Shown here: piece by piece, positions 51,651 through 64,000 of the stretch
Position numbering within the stretch: position 1 is the stretch's first letter
How the letters are laid out: the number at the start of each line of letters is the position of its first letter
Assembly (NCBI GenBank): GCA_051294375.1
Contig: CM119267.1
Coordinates: 16,591,476 to 16,655,475 of the forward strand
From: Paraspadella gotoi
Lineage: Eukaryota > Animalia > Chaetognatha
Reading direction: 5' to 3'
Length of the DNA: 64,000 bases
Made by a program: the position numbers and the translations under genes
The notes under the pieces: model-generated
Seen by the model: only the letters and a program-made list of their open reading frames with translations
What the model was told of the DNA's origin: nothing
Database searches by the model: none

Positions 51651-52531
51651 AGGGGGGGGGCGGAAGAAGAAGCGCCAGAGAAAAAAGATTAGGGAGAGAA
51701 GGAGAAATCAAGGGGAAGGTTGAGAGGGGAGATACGGTATCCCCCAGAGATGGGGTGATGAAAGAAACAGGATGGAACCTTAAGCAATGAGTTTGTTATT
51801 AGACGCTGTCTGGAATTAGAGACTTATGGGCCAATTGGCATTTCGAAAATTTGATAAAAGAATATATAAAAAATTGTACATGAACAAAAAAAAAAGATTA
51901 TCCGCTATCGATTTTTATAAAATGGAGAACAAAAAGAAACATTGAATTAAACGACTATTCAAATACTTTCGGACTCCGCAAAGTTGTAATTCCTTGTCTG
52001 TTTGCATCCCCTCTCTCTCTCTCTCTCTCTCTCCCCCTTCAATTCGGCGTCTCTATTTACACACGGACGACACTGTTGCAGTTTTCGTGTGTTTGCGGTC
52101 TTGGACTAAAGCACATAATTGGTTTAGTCCTTTTACGTGGGCGGGAGAAATACAAAGAGATAAAGTGAAGAGATGGATGTGAAACAAAACACATATTGAC
52201 CACAGTAAAGAGCTGGACTCCTCTTGTCAGAGAAATAGACCCGACTTACGAAAATGTAAATATTAAAAATAAATAATACTAAATTACGTATTGCTTACTT
52301 TAATCTTTAAAGGAATGTTCACTTACCTTTTTTTCCCCCGAGTCGAAGAAACGAGGAAGGCATTAAGAAAAAGTAGGTTTGGAGGCAAAACAAAAAAGTT
52401 AAAAACTTTGCAAATAAATGGGTTGTAATTTCCAGTTATAACCCTCGGTTATGCGTCTCTCTCTCTCTCTCTCTCTCGGTCGATCTCTCTCTCTTCGTCT
52501 CTCCTCATCTCTCCTCTTCTCTCTTCTCTCT

Positions 52532-52568
<37 letters not shown>

Positions 52569-53085
52569 CTCCCGCTTATTAATCGTGCGAAGAATTTGTG
52601 ACTTTCCCTTCTTTTTTTTTTCTCGCCAGTTTTGCACCAAAACATAATCATTTTAAGCGAATGGAGGAAAGAAAAAGGAGGAAAGAGGAGAAAAGGAAAG
52701 AGAAAAGAAAAAGACTCACAACCTCGCCCCCCTCCTCACAAAAAAAAAACCGTCACAACTTCTTTTTTCACTTCCGCCTTAACGATCTCATTCGTCGGGA
52801 GATTTTGGAGTGACGACGTCGACGATAACGAGGATGACGACGACGATAACGACGACGATGAAGATGACGATGAAAATAATGATGAAGATGATGACAAGTG
52901 ACAACCTCAACAGCAACGACAAGTCGATAACAATGATGACGGCGACGTAGACAAAGACGACGACGATTACGACGATGATGACGACGACGACGACGACAAC
53001 AGTAAGGGTTACCCCAGCGATGACGATAATGACAAAAACGAAGAAGATTACATCAAGAAAGAAGAAAGACGATGACGCCCATGAC
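51651..53085 (+). repeat. Tandem duplication G copy 2
   Basis: Head-to-tail with copy 1; indel-dominated differences. The interrupted (TC) tract is the same in both copies. Confidence 0.96.
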
Positions 53086-54845
53086 GACAATAAATAGAAC
53101 GACAAATACAGGGAGGTCCGGCTCTTTTCGAAAAATATTCAAAAATTCATTCGGATGGTTAAATATCACCGTAATAGAATAAGAATTTGTACGAGTGTAA
53201 AAAAATTGTAAGGACAAAACGATTTATGAGTCTGTTCGCAGGGTGAGAATGTTATTTGCCGATGAGGCATACAAGCTCGTAATAAATCGGACCATTTTAA
53301 ATTTCTTGAGAATTTTTTTAGACAAAAAATGATTTCCAACATAAAATGAAAGTTTTTTTTTNNNNNNNNNNNNNNNNNNNNNNNNNNNNNNNNNNNNNNN
53401 NNNNNNNNNNNNNNNNNNNNNNNNNNNNNNNNNNNNNNNNNNNNNNNNNNNNNNNNNNNNNNNNNNNNNNNNNNNNNNNNNNNNNNNNNNNNNNNNNNNN
53501 NNNNNNNNNNNNNNNNNNNNNNNNNNNNNNNNNNNNNNNNNNNNNNNNNNNNNNNNNNNNNNNNNNNNNNNNNNNNNNNNNNNNNNNNNNNNNNNNNNNN
53601 NNNNNNNNNNNNNNNNNNNNNNNNNNNNNNNNNNNNNNNNNNNCCCCCCCCAATCCTGCGCTCTCATTCCTCCCTCTCACGGGTTAATGTTCAGAAAGCG
53701 GAACAAGAGGCTAAAGGGATTAAGAGGGAAAATCGCGAAAGGAGGAAAAAATGTCGAAAAATGCAAAACAGAAGAACAAAAAAATTTTATTTTTTTTGGG
53801 GGGNNNNNNNNNNNNNNNNNNNNNNNNNNNNNNNNNNNNNNNNNNNNNNNNNNNNNNNNNNNNNNNNNNNNNNNNNNNNNNNNNNNNNNNNNNNNNNNNN
53901 NNNNNNNNNNNNNNNNNNNNNNNNNNNNNNNNNNNNNNNNNNNNNNNNNNNNNNNNNNNNNNNNNNNNNNNNNNNNNNNNNNNNNNNNNNNNNNNNNNNN
54001 NNNNNNNNNNNNNNNNNNNNNNNNNNNNNNNNNNNNNNNNNNNNNNNNNNNNNNNNNNNNNNNNNNNNNNNNNNNNNNNNNNNNNNNNNNNNNNNNNNNN
54101 NNNNNNNNNNNNNNNNNNNNNNNNNNNNNNNNNNNNNNNNNNNNNNNNNNNNNNNNNNNNNNNNNNNNNNNNNNNNNNNNNNNNNNNNNNNNNNNNNNNN
54201 NNNNNNNNNNNNNNNNNNNNNNNNNNNNNNNNNNNNNNNNNNNNNNNNNNNNNNNNNNNNNNNNNNNNNNNNNNNNNNNNNNNNNNNNNNNNNNNNNNNN
54301 NNNNNNNNNNNNNNNNNNNNNNNNNNNNNNNNNNNNNNNNNNNNNNNNNNNNNNNNNNNNNNNNNNNNNNNNNNNNNNNNNNNNNNNNNNNNNNNNNNNN
54401 NNNNNNNNNNNNNNNNNNNNNNNNNNNNNNNNNNNNNNNNNNNNNNNNNNNNNNNNNNAGAGAGAGAGAGAGACTGATCGGCTTCACAAATTGGCCTCCA
54501 CCGCAGTTTTCACTCGACTTCCAAACGAGATGAACCGATGAATGAATAAAAATTTAAAAATAAAATAAAAAATAAAAAGTTAAAATTGAAAAAAAAAAAT
54601 CCTGGTGGGAAATTAGGTTTAAAAGGCCCCATGTGGTAAGAGAAGCAAAAGCCATTCGTTTCCGACGTGAAAGAAAAGAAAGAGAAATTAGAAAAGTTGA
54701 GGGGGGNNNNNNNNNNNNNNNNNNNNNNNNNNNNNNNNNNNNNNNNNNNNNNNNNNNNNNNNNNNNNNNNNNNNNNNNNNNNNNNNNNNNNNNNNNNNNN
54801 NNNNNNNNNNNNNNNNNNNNNNNNNNNNNNNNNNNNNNNNNNNNN

Positions 54846-54876
<31 letters not shown>

Positions 54877-57453
54877 AAGAAAAGAGAAAACCCAACAACT
54901 CCTAAAATTCAGTCAAGAAAGAGAAATTTCTTTTCAAATGATGATTGATCGCGGAGCAGCGACGAGACCAGCCGGAGGAAGAAGAAGGAAAGAGAAGAAG
55001 AAGACGAAGGAATAGAAAGGGAAGAAGAAGAACAAGAAGAAGAAAGAGGAATGGAAGGAGAAAAAGAGGAACTTAAGTTTTAACGAAAAAGGAAAGGAAT
55101 AGAAAAAGGAGGAAACAGCACGAAAAGTGTTAGGACTGGGAACAATGTGGAGAAACTTACGGGGAAAAAAACATGTCTTGTGTGGCGAAGCTTTGGTTCC
55201 ATTCGCTGACAAAATTTTGATCCAATTTTTGGCGGAAAAAATCGACGGATTTTGTCGATGAAAAATTTGATGTCGGCCATATTCGTCGTTGTCGTTGTTG
55301 TCGCGACGTCATTTCGAAACGCGATCTTGCCATTGCGCTGACAGCTGACTGTCATCGAAATGAATAAACAATTTTCAATTAGCAAACGATATGCTAATTT
55401 ACTTAAGTATTCCTTTATCTCTTACCTTAACTACTCTTAAATAAAAATATTTTTTCGTATTTTTCGTCTTCTGCAATATCTCTAGCCTTAATTTTCTATA
55501 CTATACATTTTAAAACCTAATATTCTTTTCCAGGACCCATCTATCAATATTTGATCTCTTTCCTTTTCCTCCTTTCCCCTTCCCTTTCAGATTTCCTCTC
55601 TCCTTTTCTTCCCTAAAAACCTAAAAATCTGGCACAAAATCGAACGAAGATGTTAGACTGAAAAATGAGGGGGGAAAAATTGAAAAAAAAAATCCGAGCG
55701 GCAGACGACGTTGGCTGACGAGGTTCGCCAGGCGATGGCGGAGGAAACGATGCCAGGCTCGATTCGGCCGAGAAAATCTTGCGTCTTTCAATGCAGGTCT
55801 TTATTTTTAAATCACGCTGATAGTTTTAAAAGCAGACAACTTTTTTGCCACGTTTCCAGTTCTGAGATAGTACATTTCCCATAGTCTGTCCAAAAGCCAA
55901 TGCACGTAAAAAATTAAATGTAATTAGAGAAATTTTAAAATGTTAGTAAATACGCGAAATAAAAAAAAAACCGGTCACTCTGTCCATTCGGTGTTCACAG
56001 TTTTTTTTAGTTTTTTTTTTTNNNNNNNNNNNNNNNNNNNNNNNNNNNNNNNNNNNNNNNNNNNNNNNNNNNNNNNNNNNNNNNNNNNNNNNNNNNNNNN
56101 NNNNNNNNNNNNNNNNNNNNNNNNNNNNNNNNNNNNNNNNNNNNNNNNNNNNNNNNNNNNNNNNNNNNNNNNNNNNNNNNNNNNNNNNNNNNNNNNNNNN
56201 NNNNNNNNNNNNNNGGAAAAACCGCCGCTGACGTTTATTGAACCATTATGAAACGGAAAAGGAAATACGAGGTGCGGAGGTGGCGAATGGTGGGGGATGG
56301 TGACCGGGGTGGTGGATGGTGGGTGATTGGCCGGATGGGAGGGAGAGTTAGCGATCGACTTTCAACGGCGTGGCCATTTGAAAAAACGGAAACTGAGGTA
56401 AGTGAGGTGAGTGGAGGAAAGGTAGCGTCGACAAAGTGGGCGGATCGGGATGGTCGTTGTCACACCTCGCGGGTCGTAAAAAGGGTCGACCTTTGTCGAC
56501 GAAAAAAAAAAGCGACTGGCGTTTGAAGTCGGGGAAAATAAAGCGAAAAATGAAATTGTAGAGACGGAATATTTTGATAATTATTTTTATGGAACTGACT
56601 TTTTTCGATAAAAGTTCGATCCGCATTTTTTTTTTTTGAATATGAATTCCGTGTATCTTTGTAATTGATATTAAGTTAATTGACAGTTGGTAAACAAGAA
56701 AGACGCTGGTATAATTTCTATATTTTATTTTGTCTTGTTCTTTTACTTTCTTTTTTTCGAAAGACGGAACCTAAAAAAGAGAGCGAATCTCAACGACGTC
56801 TCCAGATAATCGAGAAAACCTCTTGACGTTTGACCCACTTAGCTTCACATCTCCGCGTCGCGATGTCGCTTCCTCAATTTTCCACAACTTCTTTTTTTCC
56901 TTTTCCTGATCTCTTGGTTTTTACAAGGAAGGTCTTTCCTTCCTTTTTTTTCCGTTTCTTAATCCTCATCGACTGTCTGAAAGAAAAGACCAAACATGGA
57001 ACCGACATAAACGGAACACTAGCTGTATTTCAACATCTTATCTTCAAGATTCACTGGCGAGTGACGAGATTTTTTCGATAAATTTTTATCATCATCGTTG
57101 CACAATGAGGAACTGCGCTTTCTCTCTCTTTCTCTCTCTCTCTCTCTCTNNNNNNNNNNNNNNNNNNNNNNNNNNNNNNNNNNNNNNNNNNNNNNNNNNN
57201 NNNNNNNNNNNNNNNNNNNNNNNNNNNNNNNNNNNNNNNNNNNNNNNNNNNNNNNNNNNNNNNNNNNNNNNNNNNNNNNNNNNNNNNNNNNNNNNNNNNN
57301 NNNNNNNNNNNNNNNNNNNNNNNNNNNNNNNNNCTCTCCTTGCCAAGAAAAGATTAAAGAGGCGCAAAAATCGCCAAGAATTTTTCCCTTCGATTGAATT
57401 CTCGGCGACAACTCACGTCTCTTCAGTCTTCGCCTCTTTTTTTCCCCGACGCC

Positions 57454-57848
57454 ATCTCTCGTCTCTCGTCTCTCATCTCTCATCTCATCTTTTTAATCTC
57501 TNNNNNNNNNNNNNNNNNNNNNNNNNNNNNNNNNNNNNNNNNNNNNNNNNNNNNNNNNNNNNNNNNNNNNNNNNNNNNNNNNNNNNNNNNNNNNNNNNNN
57601 NNNNNNNNNNNNNNNNNNNNNNNNNNNNNNNNNNNNNNNNNNNNNNNNNNNNNNNNNNNNNNNNNNNNNNNNNNNNNNNNNNNNNNNNNNNNNNNNNNNN
57701 NNNNNNNNNNNNNNNNNNNNNNNNNNNNNNNNCTCATCTCTCATCTCATCTTTTTAATCTCTCATTTCTCATATCATCTTCTTAAAATCTCGTCTCTCAT
57801 TTCTCATCTCATATTTTTAATCTCTCGTCTCTCATCTCATATCTCATT
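57454..57848. repeat. Degenerate minisatellite of about 28-35 bp (tctcatctctcatctcatctttttaatc) spanning a gap
   Basis: The same unit appears on both sides of the N run 57502-57732, with about 3 units after it. Confidence 0.8.
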
Positions 57849-59149
57849 AAACATTAACAAACTTGAAATAGCATTAATTATTGAAAAAGAAAAAAAAACA
57901 AGAGCATTCATATTCAGGGAGCGACATTGTCTCCGGCGATTAACGTCGTTTATTAAAAGAATCGCGGATTCTGAACACGGACCTCGACGCTTTCGGGCGG
58001 AAGGATCGAATCTTTGAGCAGCCTGATGGAGAAAGGCTGACGAGTGAGACGGAGAGAGAGATGAAATCAATGATTGGAACCTATTTAAGGCTCTCAAAAG
58101 TGAGAAACAATAAAACGTTTGGTTTTTGGAAGCTCAAATAGTTCAGGTTCGTATTTGTTATTATCGATTTAAAATACCTAATTCTTTTTATTCTTTTTAT
58201 TTAAGTTTTCAATCGAGACTCTTTTACAGTCAAGTTTTTTCACTCTCAGGTTGCCTTGTCTCCCTATCAGCGATGTAGTATAATTTTTTTAAAAACTTTT
58301 TTAATTTTTAGAAGGCCTTTGAAACCATGAAAAAAATATATATATATAAAATAAAACGTACACTTATGTAAAATGAAATAAAAGCCTTCCACCTTGACAA
58401 AAAAAAAATCGCTGACCGAAAGATTTCGAGAAATAAAATTTTTATTCATTCTTATTTTTTACGCAAGAGTCATTTTTTATACACGTGGCCTCCTCTTTAA
58501 ATGTCCTTCTCCCATCNNNNNNNNNNNNNNNNNNNNNNNNNNNNNNNNNNNNNNNNNNNNNNNNNNNNNNNNNNNNNNNNNNNNNNNNNNNNNNNNNNNN
58601 NNNNNNNNNNNNNNNNNNNNNNNNNNNNNNNNNNNNNNNNNNNNNNNNNNNNNNNNNNNNNNNNNNNNNNNNNNNNNNNNNNNNNNNNNNNNNNNNNNNN
58701 NNNNNNNNNNNNNNNNNNNNNNNNNNNNNNNNNNNNNNNNCCTCTCTCTCTCTCTCTCCCTCTCCCTCTCCCGTCGCCGAGCTTCTCGCTCAAGTCATGG
58801 AAAGTATTATCTCATACAAAAAAGAAAATCTATATTTGAAATAATAAATAGCGACTGGGTATAAATTTTTCATTTTTATCGGCCAACGGCTCGAATTATT
58901 TTTTTCTTCTTTCGGGAAGGGAGGGAGGAGAGAGGGAGAAGGGGAGGGAGGGAAAGAGGGGGGAGAGGGAGGAGGAAGAGGAGATTGAGGAATGAGCGTC
59001 ATGGGTCAATTCATTTTTCAAAGATTATTTAAACGCGGGGAAAAGAGGGTGACGGATGGGAACAAGAACCGTACCGTCGAGTTACAGATGGAATTTAGAT
59101 TTTTGGCAAGCGTTTTTTGAGGGCGATAGATGGGGATGTATCGACGACT

Positions 59150-59175
59150 TATAGATAGATAGATAGATAGATAGG

Positions 59176-59252
<77 letters not shown>
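59150..59252. repeat. (AGAT)n microsatellite
   Basis: About 25 units with one substitution. Confidence 0.97.
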
Positions 59253-59253
<1 letters not shown>

Positions 59254-59574
59254 TATAAAAGAGTGAACTACTGACTTATCATAGATGAAATTCGCTAAAC
59301 CAAAAAAAAAAGGTCAATCATAAGTTAATCACAAAACTTCTGCCAGTCACAGAAACGATAATTCGGGCGATCGGTAAGATTTGATTTTTTTTTTTCCAAC
59401 TCATCCGGTCGCAGACGGGGGAAGACCGGTTGACGGATGGAACGACGAGGCGTGAGAGTGAGAGAGAGAGAGTGAGAGAATGAGAGAGAGAGAGGATTGG
59501 CAAAGCGAAGAGTAGCGAGATATTAAAAGATTCCCAGGACAACCGATTCTGGCGATGATGAATTATGGAGCGTG

Positions 59575-59945
59575 GGGAAAGGATGGAGGAAGAGGGTGGA
59601 GGAAAAGAGAGGAAAGAGGAAGAAGAGAGAGGAGGAAAGAATGAAAAAAAGAGAAAGAGGAAAATGGAGAGAGAGGAAGAAGTAAAGAGGAAGTATATGG
59701 AAAAGGGAGGTAGGAAAGGAGGAAAGAGGTAGAGGTAAATAGAGAGGGAGGAAAGGGAGAAGAAAGTAAATAGAGAGGGTAGTGAGAAAAAATAGGAAAA
59801 AAAGGATAAATAGTAAGGAGGAAGGAAAGTAGAAATGAGAAAAAAAGGGAGGAATTTGAAACCAAAATGGCCAAAAAGAAAAAGAGAGGAAGAGGAGGAG
59901 AAGGAGGAGGAGGAGGAGGAGGATGAGGAGGAAGAAAAGAGAGAT
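59575..59945 (+). repeat. Non-periodic purine-rich low-complexity tract
   Basis: About 370 bp of mostly A/G. Similar tracts at about 34980-35270, 39215-39540 and 61555-61720. Confidence 0.85.
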
Positions 59946-60095
59946 GAACGATGGGTAACGGTAACACAATGATGGAAAATGAAACTCGGCAGGGGAAGAA
60001 TGATAAAATAAAGATAACGGAATTATAGAGTATTGTGTAAATTATTTTTTTAAATTATTAGCAAAGTTCACCAGAACAGAGAACAGCTATGAAAT

Positions 60096-60130
60096 CAACA
60101 ACAACAACAACAACAACAACAACAGCAGCA
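60096..60130. repeat. (CAA)n/(CAG) tract
   Basis: caacaacaa...cagcagcaa; gives the poly-Cys tail of ORF 60095..61327(-). Confidence 0.92.
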
Positions 60131-60947
60131 AAAATTACCAAAAAGTAAAACTAAAGAAACAATAAATGACCCCGAGAGGACCTTAGGGGCTAAGCCGCTA
60201 CGGTTGAGGCGTAAGGACTGAGTGGATGGGCGTTCTCTGCCGGGGCCTCCTTCCTCCTCAGTCGTGATATGAAGAGTTTTAGCGAGAAAAGGGGTTTTTT
60301 TTAACGACGACGACGACGACGACGACGACAGTGACGATGTCGACGCCCAAGGCGCCGTCGGGCCAAAGCGATTGGCGACCCGAAAGAGTGAAGTGAGGTT
60401 TTCTGGGACAACGACGACGACGACGACGACGACGAATCCAGGACTCCTACGTCGGGCGACCGACAACCGAGGCGAGAAAAAGGCGAACAAAAGCGCAATA
60501 AACGACCTGATTGGATTTGGGCGTCGCGAGAGAGAGAGGGAGACGTCGGCGCGAGATCGAGAGGGAGACAGTTTCAAAAAAGGGGGGGGGGAATTTAGGG
60601 TCGTCAAAATGAACATTGCCGTACTTGGTACCGTACTTTCTTTCCTTTTTTTTGTTTCTTTATTTCTTTCTTTATTTCTTTCTATCTTTCTTTCTTTCTT
60701 TTTTTCTTTTTTTGTTTCTTTCTTTTTTTCTTTCTTTTTTTTCTTTTTTTCTTTCTTTTCTTTCCTTTCTCTCAGTTTCCTCCTATCTTTCTTCCCCCTG
60801 GTTTCGAAGAGGAAATAAAATTTGTGAAGGCTTCCAAAAAGAGAATTATATGAGGCTTGAAAAAATACAAAAGCCAACGGGAATGTTTTGGTCTCGGAAA
60901 AAGAAAAGAGTTTGGGCGAAGAGAGAGAGTGAGAGTAAGGGAGAGCA

Positions 60948-60979
<32 letters not shown>

Positions 60980-61579
60980 TAAGATGAGAGAGAGAGAGAA
61001 CAGAAGGAGGAGAGATGAAAAGAGAAGGCAGGAAACTGAGCCAAAGGGAGAGGCGCAAAAACGGGTTCTGAATATCAGCCTCTTAAAGCGGTTCCGTCTT
61101 CTGCTACAATGAAGCTGCGGTTCTACGCTTCTCATGCCCATCCTTTCTCCCTTTCTCTTGTCTCTTGTCTTCTCTGCCTCTTCTGTCGTCTCTCTGCTCT
61201 CTCTCTCTCTCTCTCTCATCTCTGCTCGTGCTCTCTTTCGGCTCTCATCGTCGTCTCGGCCTATCTCTCTTCGCAACTCTATTTCTCTCGCTGTAGCATG
61301 TGTTGTGTTTTGGCAAAATATAATCAATTTTTATGAGCGATCAAAACAAAGAGACAAACTTCCGCGGCTTCGTTTCGCAGATGCTTCGGGGAAACGGCGG
61401 GCGGGAGGGCGGCGCTGCGGCGGCGGCGTCGGCTGCGGCGTTGGAGCGAGGCGGCGCCAAGAACCGGCGCCGGAATTCGGCCCCAACTGCGTCGATGACG
61501 GCGTCCCTTCGCGGCGCTCGGCGCCGATAAACACGGGGGAGAAGGCGTCGATGGGAGGTGGAGGAAGAGGGGGAGGAAA

Positions 61580-61610
<31 letters not shown>

Positions 61611-61962
61611 GGAAGGATATAAGAGGAGAAGAAAGAGGGGAGGAGGCTGAGGAGAGAAGTAAAGATTGAGAGGAGAGAAAGAGAGAGGGAAAAAAATGGG
61701 GAATGTGAAAGAAAGAGCGGAAAGAAGTGTTTAAAAATAGTACATATATAAAAAATGCATCATCTGTCCGATGAATTTTGAACCAAAAGAATTAATGATA
61801 GCGTCCTAAATTTTTATATACGGAGATCGTGAAAAACCCTCCTGACCACAAGCTAACCCTATCTTCCGTACAAACTGTTGTGCTTTCAACCGTTTCCATG
61901 GGGACGAAACTATGAAACGTTTTCCAACAACATTGCTACTCATCGGCGGTTTTTTGAGCTCT

Positions 61963-61995
<33 letters not shown>

Positions 61996-63147
61996 AGACG
62001 GTGAAGAAAACGATGATGCAACTAAGAAGCAGTGCGGTTGTTTATAAAACTGAAAAAAAAATATTAGCCGCTAAAATTTCGGTTGATGATGAAAAATGAG
62101 ATGAAAGCCGCCATTTTTTCTGTGTCGCTTAATCTTCGTTTTTCGAGGCCTCGAACGTCGGTGAAACGATGTAACCGCCGCTGCGGTCGGCGGCGCTGAG
62201 GAGGCCGTTGCGGCCGGCGACGCCTTCGACGCTGCTGAGTATGGACTCCGGCCCGCGGTCGTAGACAACGTAATGTTACAGATGCGTCTTATAACCACAT
62301 TCGTATAGTATTTGTCACATTGTACAAGAGAAAATATTCAGTTTTCACACCTCGAAATTTAAATTTTTTTTATCTCTTTCNNNNNNNNNNNNNNNNNNNN
62401 NNNNNNNNNNNNNNNNNNNNNNNNNNNNNNNNNNNNNNNNNNNNNNNNNNNNNNNNNNNNNNNNNNNNNNNNNNNNNNNNNNNNNNNNNNNNNNNNNNNN
62501 NNNNNNNNNNNNNNNNNNNNNNNNNNNNNNNNNNNNNNNNNNNNNNNNNNNNNNNNNNNNNNNNNNNNNNNNNNNNNNNNNNNNNNNNNNNNNNNNNNNN
62601 NNNNNNNNNNNNNNNNNNNNNNNNNNNNNNNNNNNNNNNNNNNNNNNNNNNNNNNNNNNNNNNNNNNNNNNNNNNNNNNNNNNNNNNNNNNNNNNNNNNN
62701 NNNNNNNNNNNNNNNNNNNNNNNNNNNNNNNNNNNNNNNNNNNNNNNNNNNNNNNNNNNNNNNNNNNNNNNNNNNNNNNNNNNNNNNNNNNNNNNNNNNN
62801 NNNNNNNNNNNNNNNNNNNNNNNNNNNNNNNNNNNNNNNNNNNNNNNNNNNNNNNNNNNNNNNNNNNNNNNNNNNNNNNNNNNNNNNNNNNNNNNNNNNN
62901 NNNNNNNNNNNNNNNNNNNNNNNNNNNNNNNNNNNNNNNNNNNNNATGAGGGTGTTGGAAAGAGTGAAGTGTGAGTGAGGCGGTGATTCAAACTCCGTGG
63001 GTAAGAGACTGGGCCTTCGGTGAAGGTGGTGTATTGTGATTGAGCAAAGTGGTGGTTGTGGTCAAGGAAAGAAGGGGGAAAAGCTGAGGTGGTGGACATG
63101 ACCATCGTGGTGGATTTGAAGTGGCGTTTGATTGCAGATCGGGTGGG

Positions 63148-63365
63148 AAAAGCGATGGGCATTTGAACTGTAGGAAAGAGCGGTGGGTATTTGAAGTGGG
63201 GGAAATAAAGTTGTGGGTATTTTAAGTGGGGAAGAGAGCGGTGGGTTTTTAAAGCTAAAAAAGTGAGAGGTTGGTATTTAAAGTAGTAAAGGGAGCGGTG
63301 GGCAATTCGAAGCAGGGAATATAGAGGATATAGAGGAGCGAGCGGTGGCTATTTGAAGAGGCGGT
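63148..63365. repeat. Degenerate minisatellite of about 28 bp, about 7 units (consensus gagcggtgggtatttgaagtggggaaa)
   Basis: aagcgatgggcatttgaact / gagcggtgggtatttgaagt / aagttgtgggtattttaagt / gagcggtgggtttttaaagc / gagaggttggtatttaaagt / gagcggtgggcaattcgaagc / gagcggtggctatttgaaga. Confidence 0.85.
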
Positions 63366-63834
63366 GAGGGTGAGTGCGGCGAGCGAGGCGGAGGCGGGGG
63401 CGGGATCGGCGGAAGAAACCCATTCCCATGGAAATGAGACGCGGACGGGAAGCCGGATGTGGCGAACTACGGAGGGGCGTGGTCCTTGCGTGGGTTTTCT
63501 TTTTTTTAGCGGGGGAGTGGGTAGTGGAAGCGGGTGAAATTTTTTGGAACGAGGGTGGTGGGGGCGAAATGAAGGGGTTGATAGTGGCTAGGTTGCAGTA
63601 GGCGCAGGCGCAGTTGGGTAGGAGTTTTGTGTTTATGGGAGTTGAGAAAAAAATGGGGAGAACGACATGGAAGCCGGGATATTTGGTCAATAAATTGTTT
63701 AGGGGTAAATCACTAACAAGTTGTGGGCTTGTGGCAACAAGAGTTTATAGATTGAAATTACCGATCCGCCTCGATTCTTTTTTTTTAAATCAGGTCGTCG
63801 ATTCATACGTTTTACGGGCGCGAACCCGCGTAGG

Positions 63835-63923
63835 GTCACGTGATTTTAGGCGAAATTGAAAACGCGTGACGACACATTGTGTCACGTGACGTAGGCGTGA
63901 CCACACGTGACATGGGCGTGGCC
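63835..63923. promoter_or_regulatory. Candidate promoter motif cluster: three CACGTG E-boxes (one full GTCACGTGAC) plus a GGGCGTGGC GC-box
   Basis: GTCACGTGA 63835-63843, GTCACGTGAC 63881-63890, CACGTGAC 63904-63911, GGGCGTGGC 63914-63922, in a CpG-rich context. The motifs are seen directly; function is inferred. Confidence 0.45.
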
Positions 63924-64000
63924 GACGAACGTCGAAGAGAAATGAAGAAAATCGAGGAGGCGGAAGAAAACTTTGCCGACTGTTTTTTTGTTTGGGGGGG

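Noticed and set aside
60095-61327. Longest ORF (410 aa, minus strand)
   Set aside because: It is a chain of microsatellite translations (RERE, SLSL, KKEK, poly-V/S/C) with no recognisable domain; it stays open because such repeats lack stop codons.

Overview
Eukaryotic, probably metazoan, non-coding DNA from a gapped draft scaffold: 24 N-runs totalling about 5.1 kb, AT-rich, not obviously CpG-depleted, and saturated with (AG)n/(CT)n, (GAC)n/(GTC)n, (AAAG)n, (AGAT)n and homopolymer tracts. I recognise no protein-coding gene, RNA gene, transposase, CRISPR array or prokaryotic operon. Nearly all long ORFs in the track are translations of microsatellites (SLSL/ERER, poly-D/T/R) or run through N gaps. 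The dominant large-scale structure is kb-scale near-identical duplication: a direct/inverted mosaic at about 7.0-16.5 kb and tandem pairs at 20.5-27.3, 27.1-32.2 and 50.2-53.1 kb. The copies differ almost only by 1-bp indels, several sit beside 25-N gaps, and one copy often spells out the sequence hidden in the other's gap. These look like long-read gap-filling artefacts, not biology. Features worth checking: a perfect 54-bp inverted repeat (18112-18250), a foldback palindrome at the window start, codon-periodic minisatellites (3835-4135, 48028-48131), a small exon-like segment with a Walker-A-like peptide (34465-34577), and an E-box/CLEAR plus GC-box cluster at the right end (63835-63923). 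The sequence does not support a new biological system. Duplication boundaries were aligned by eye and are approximate.
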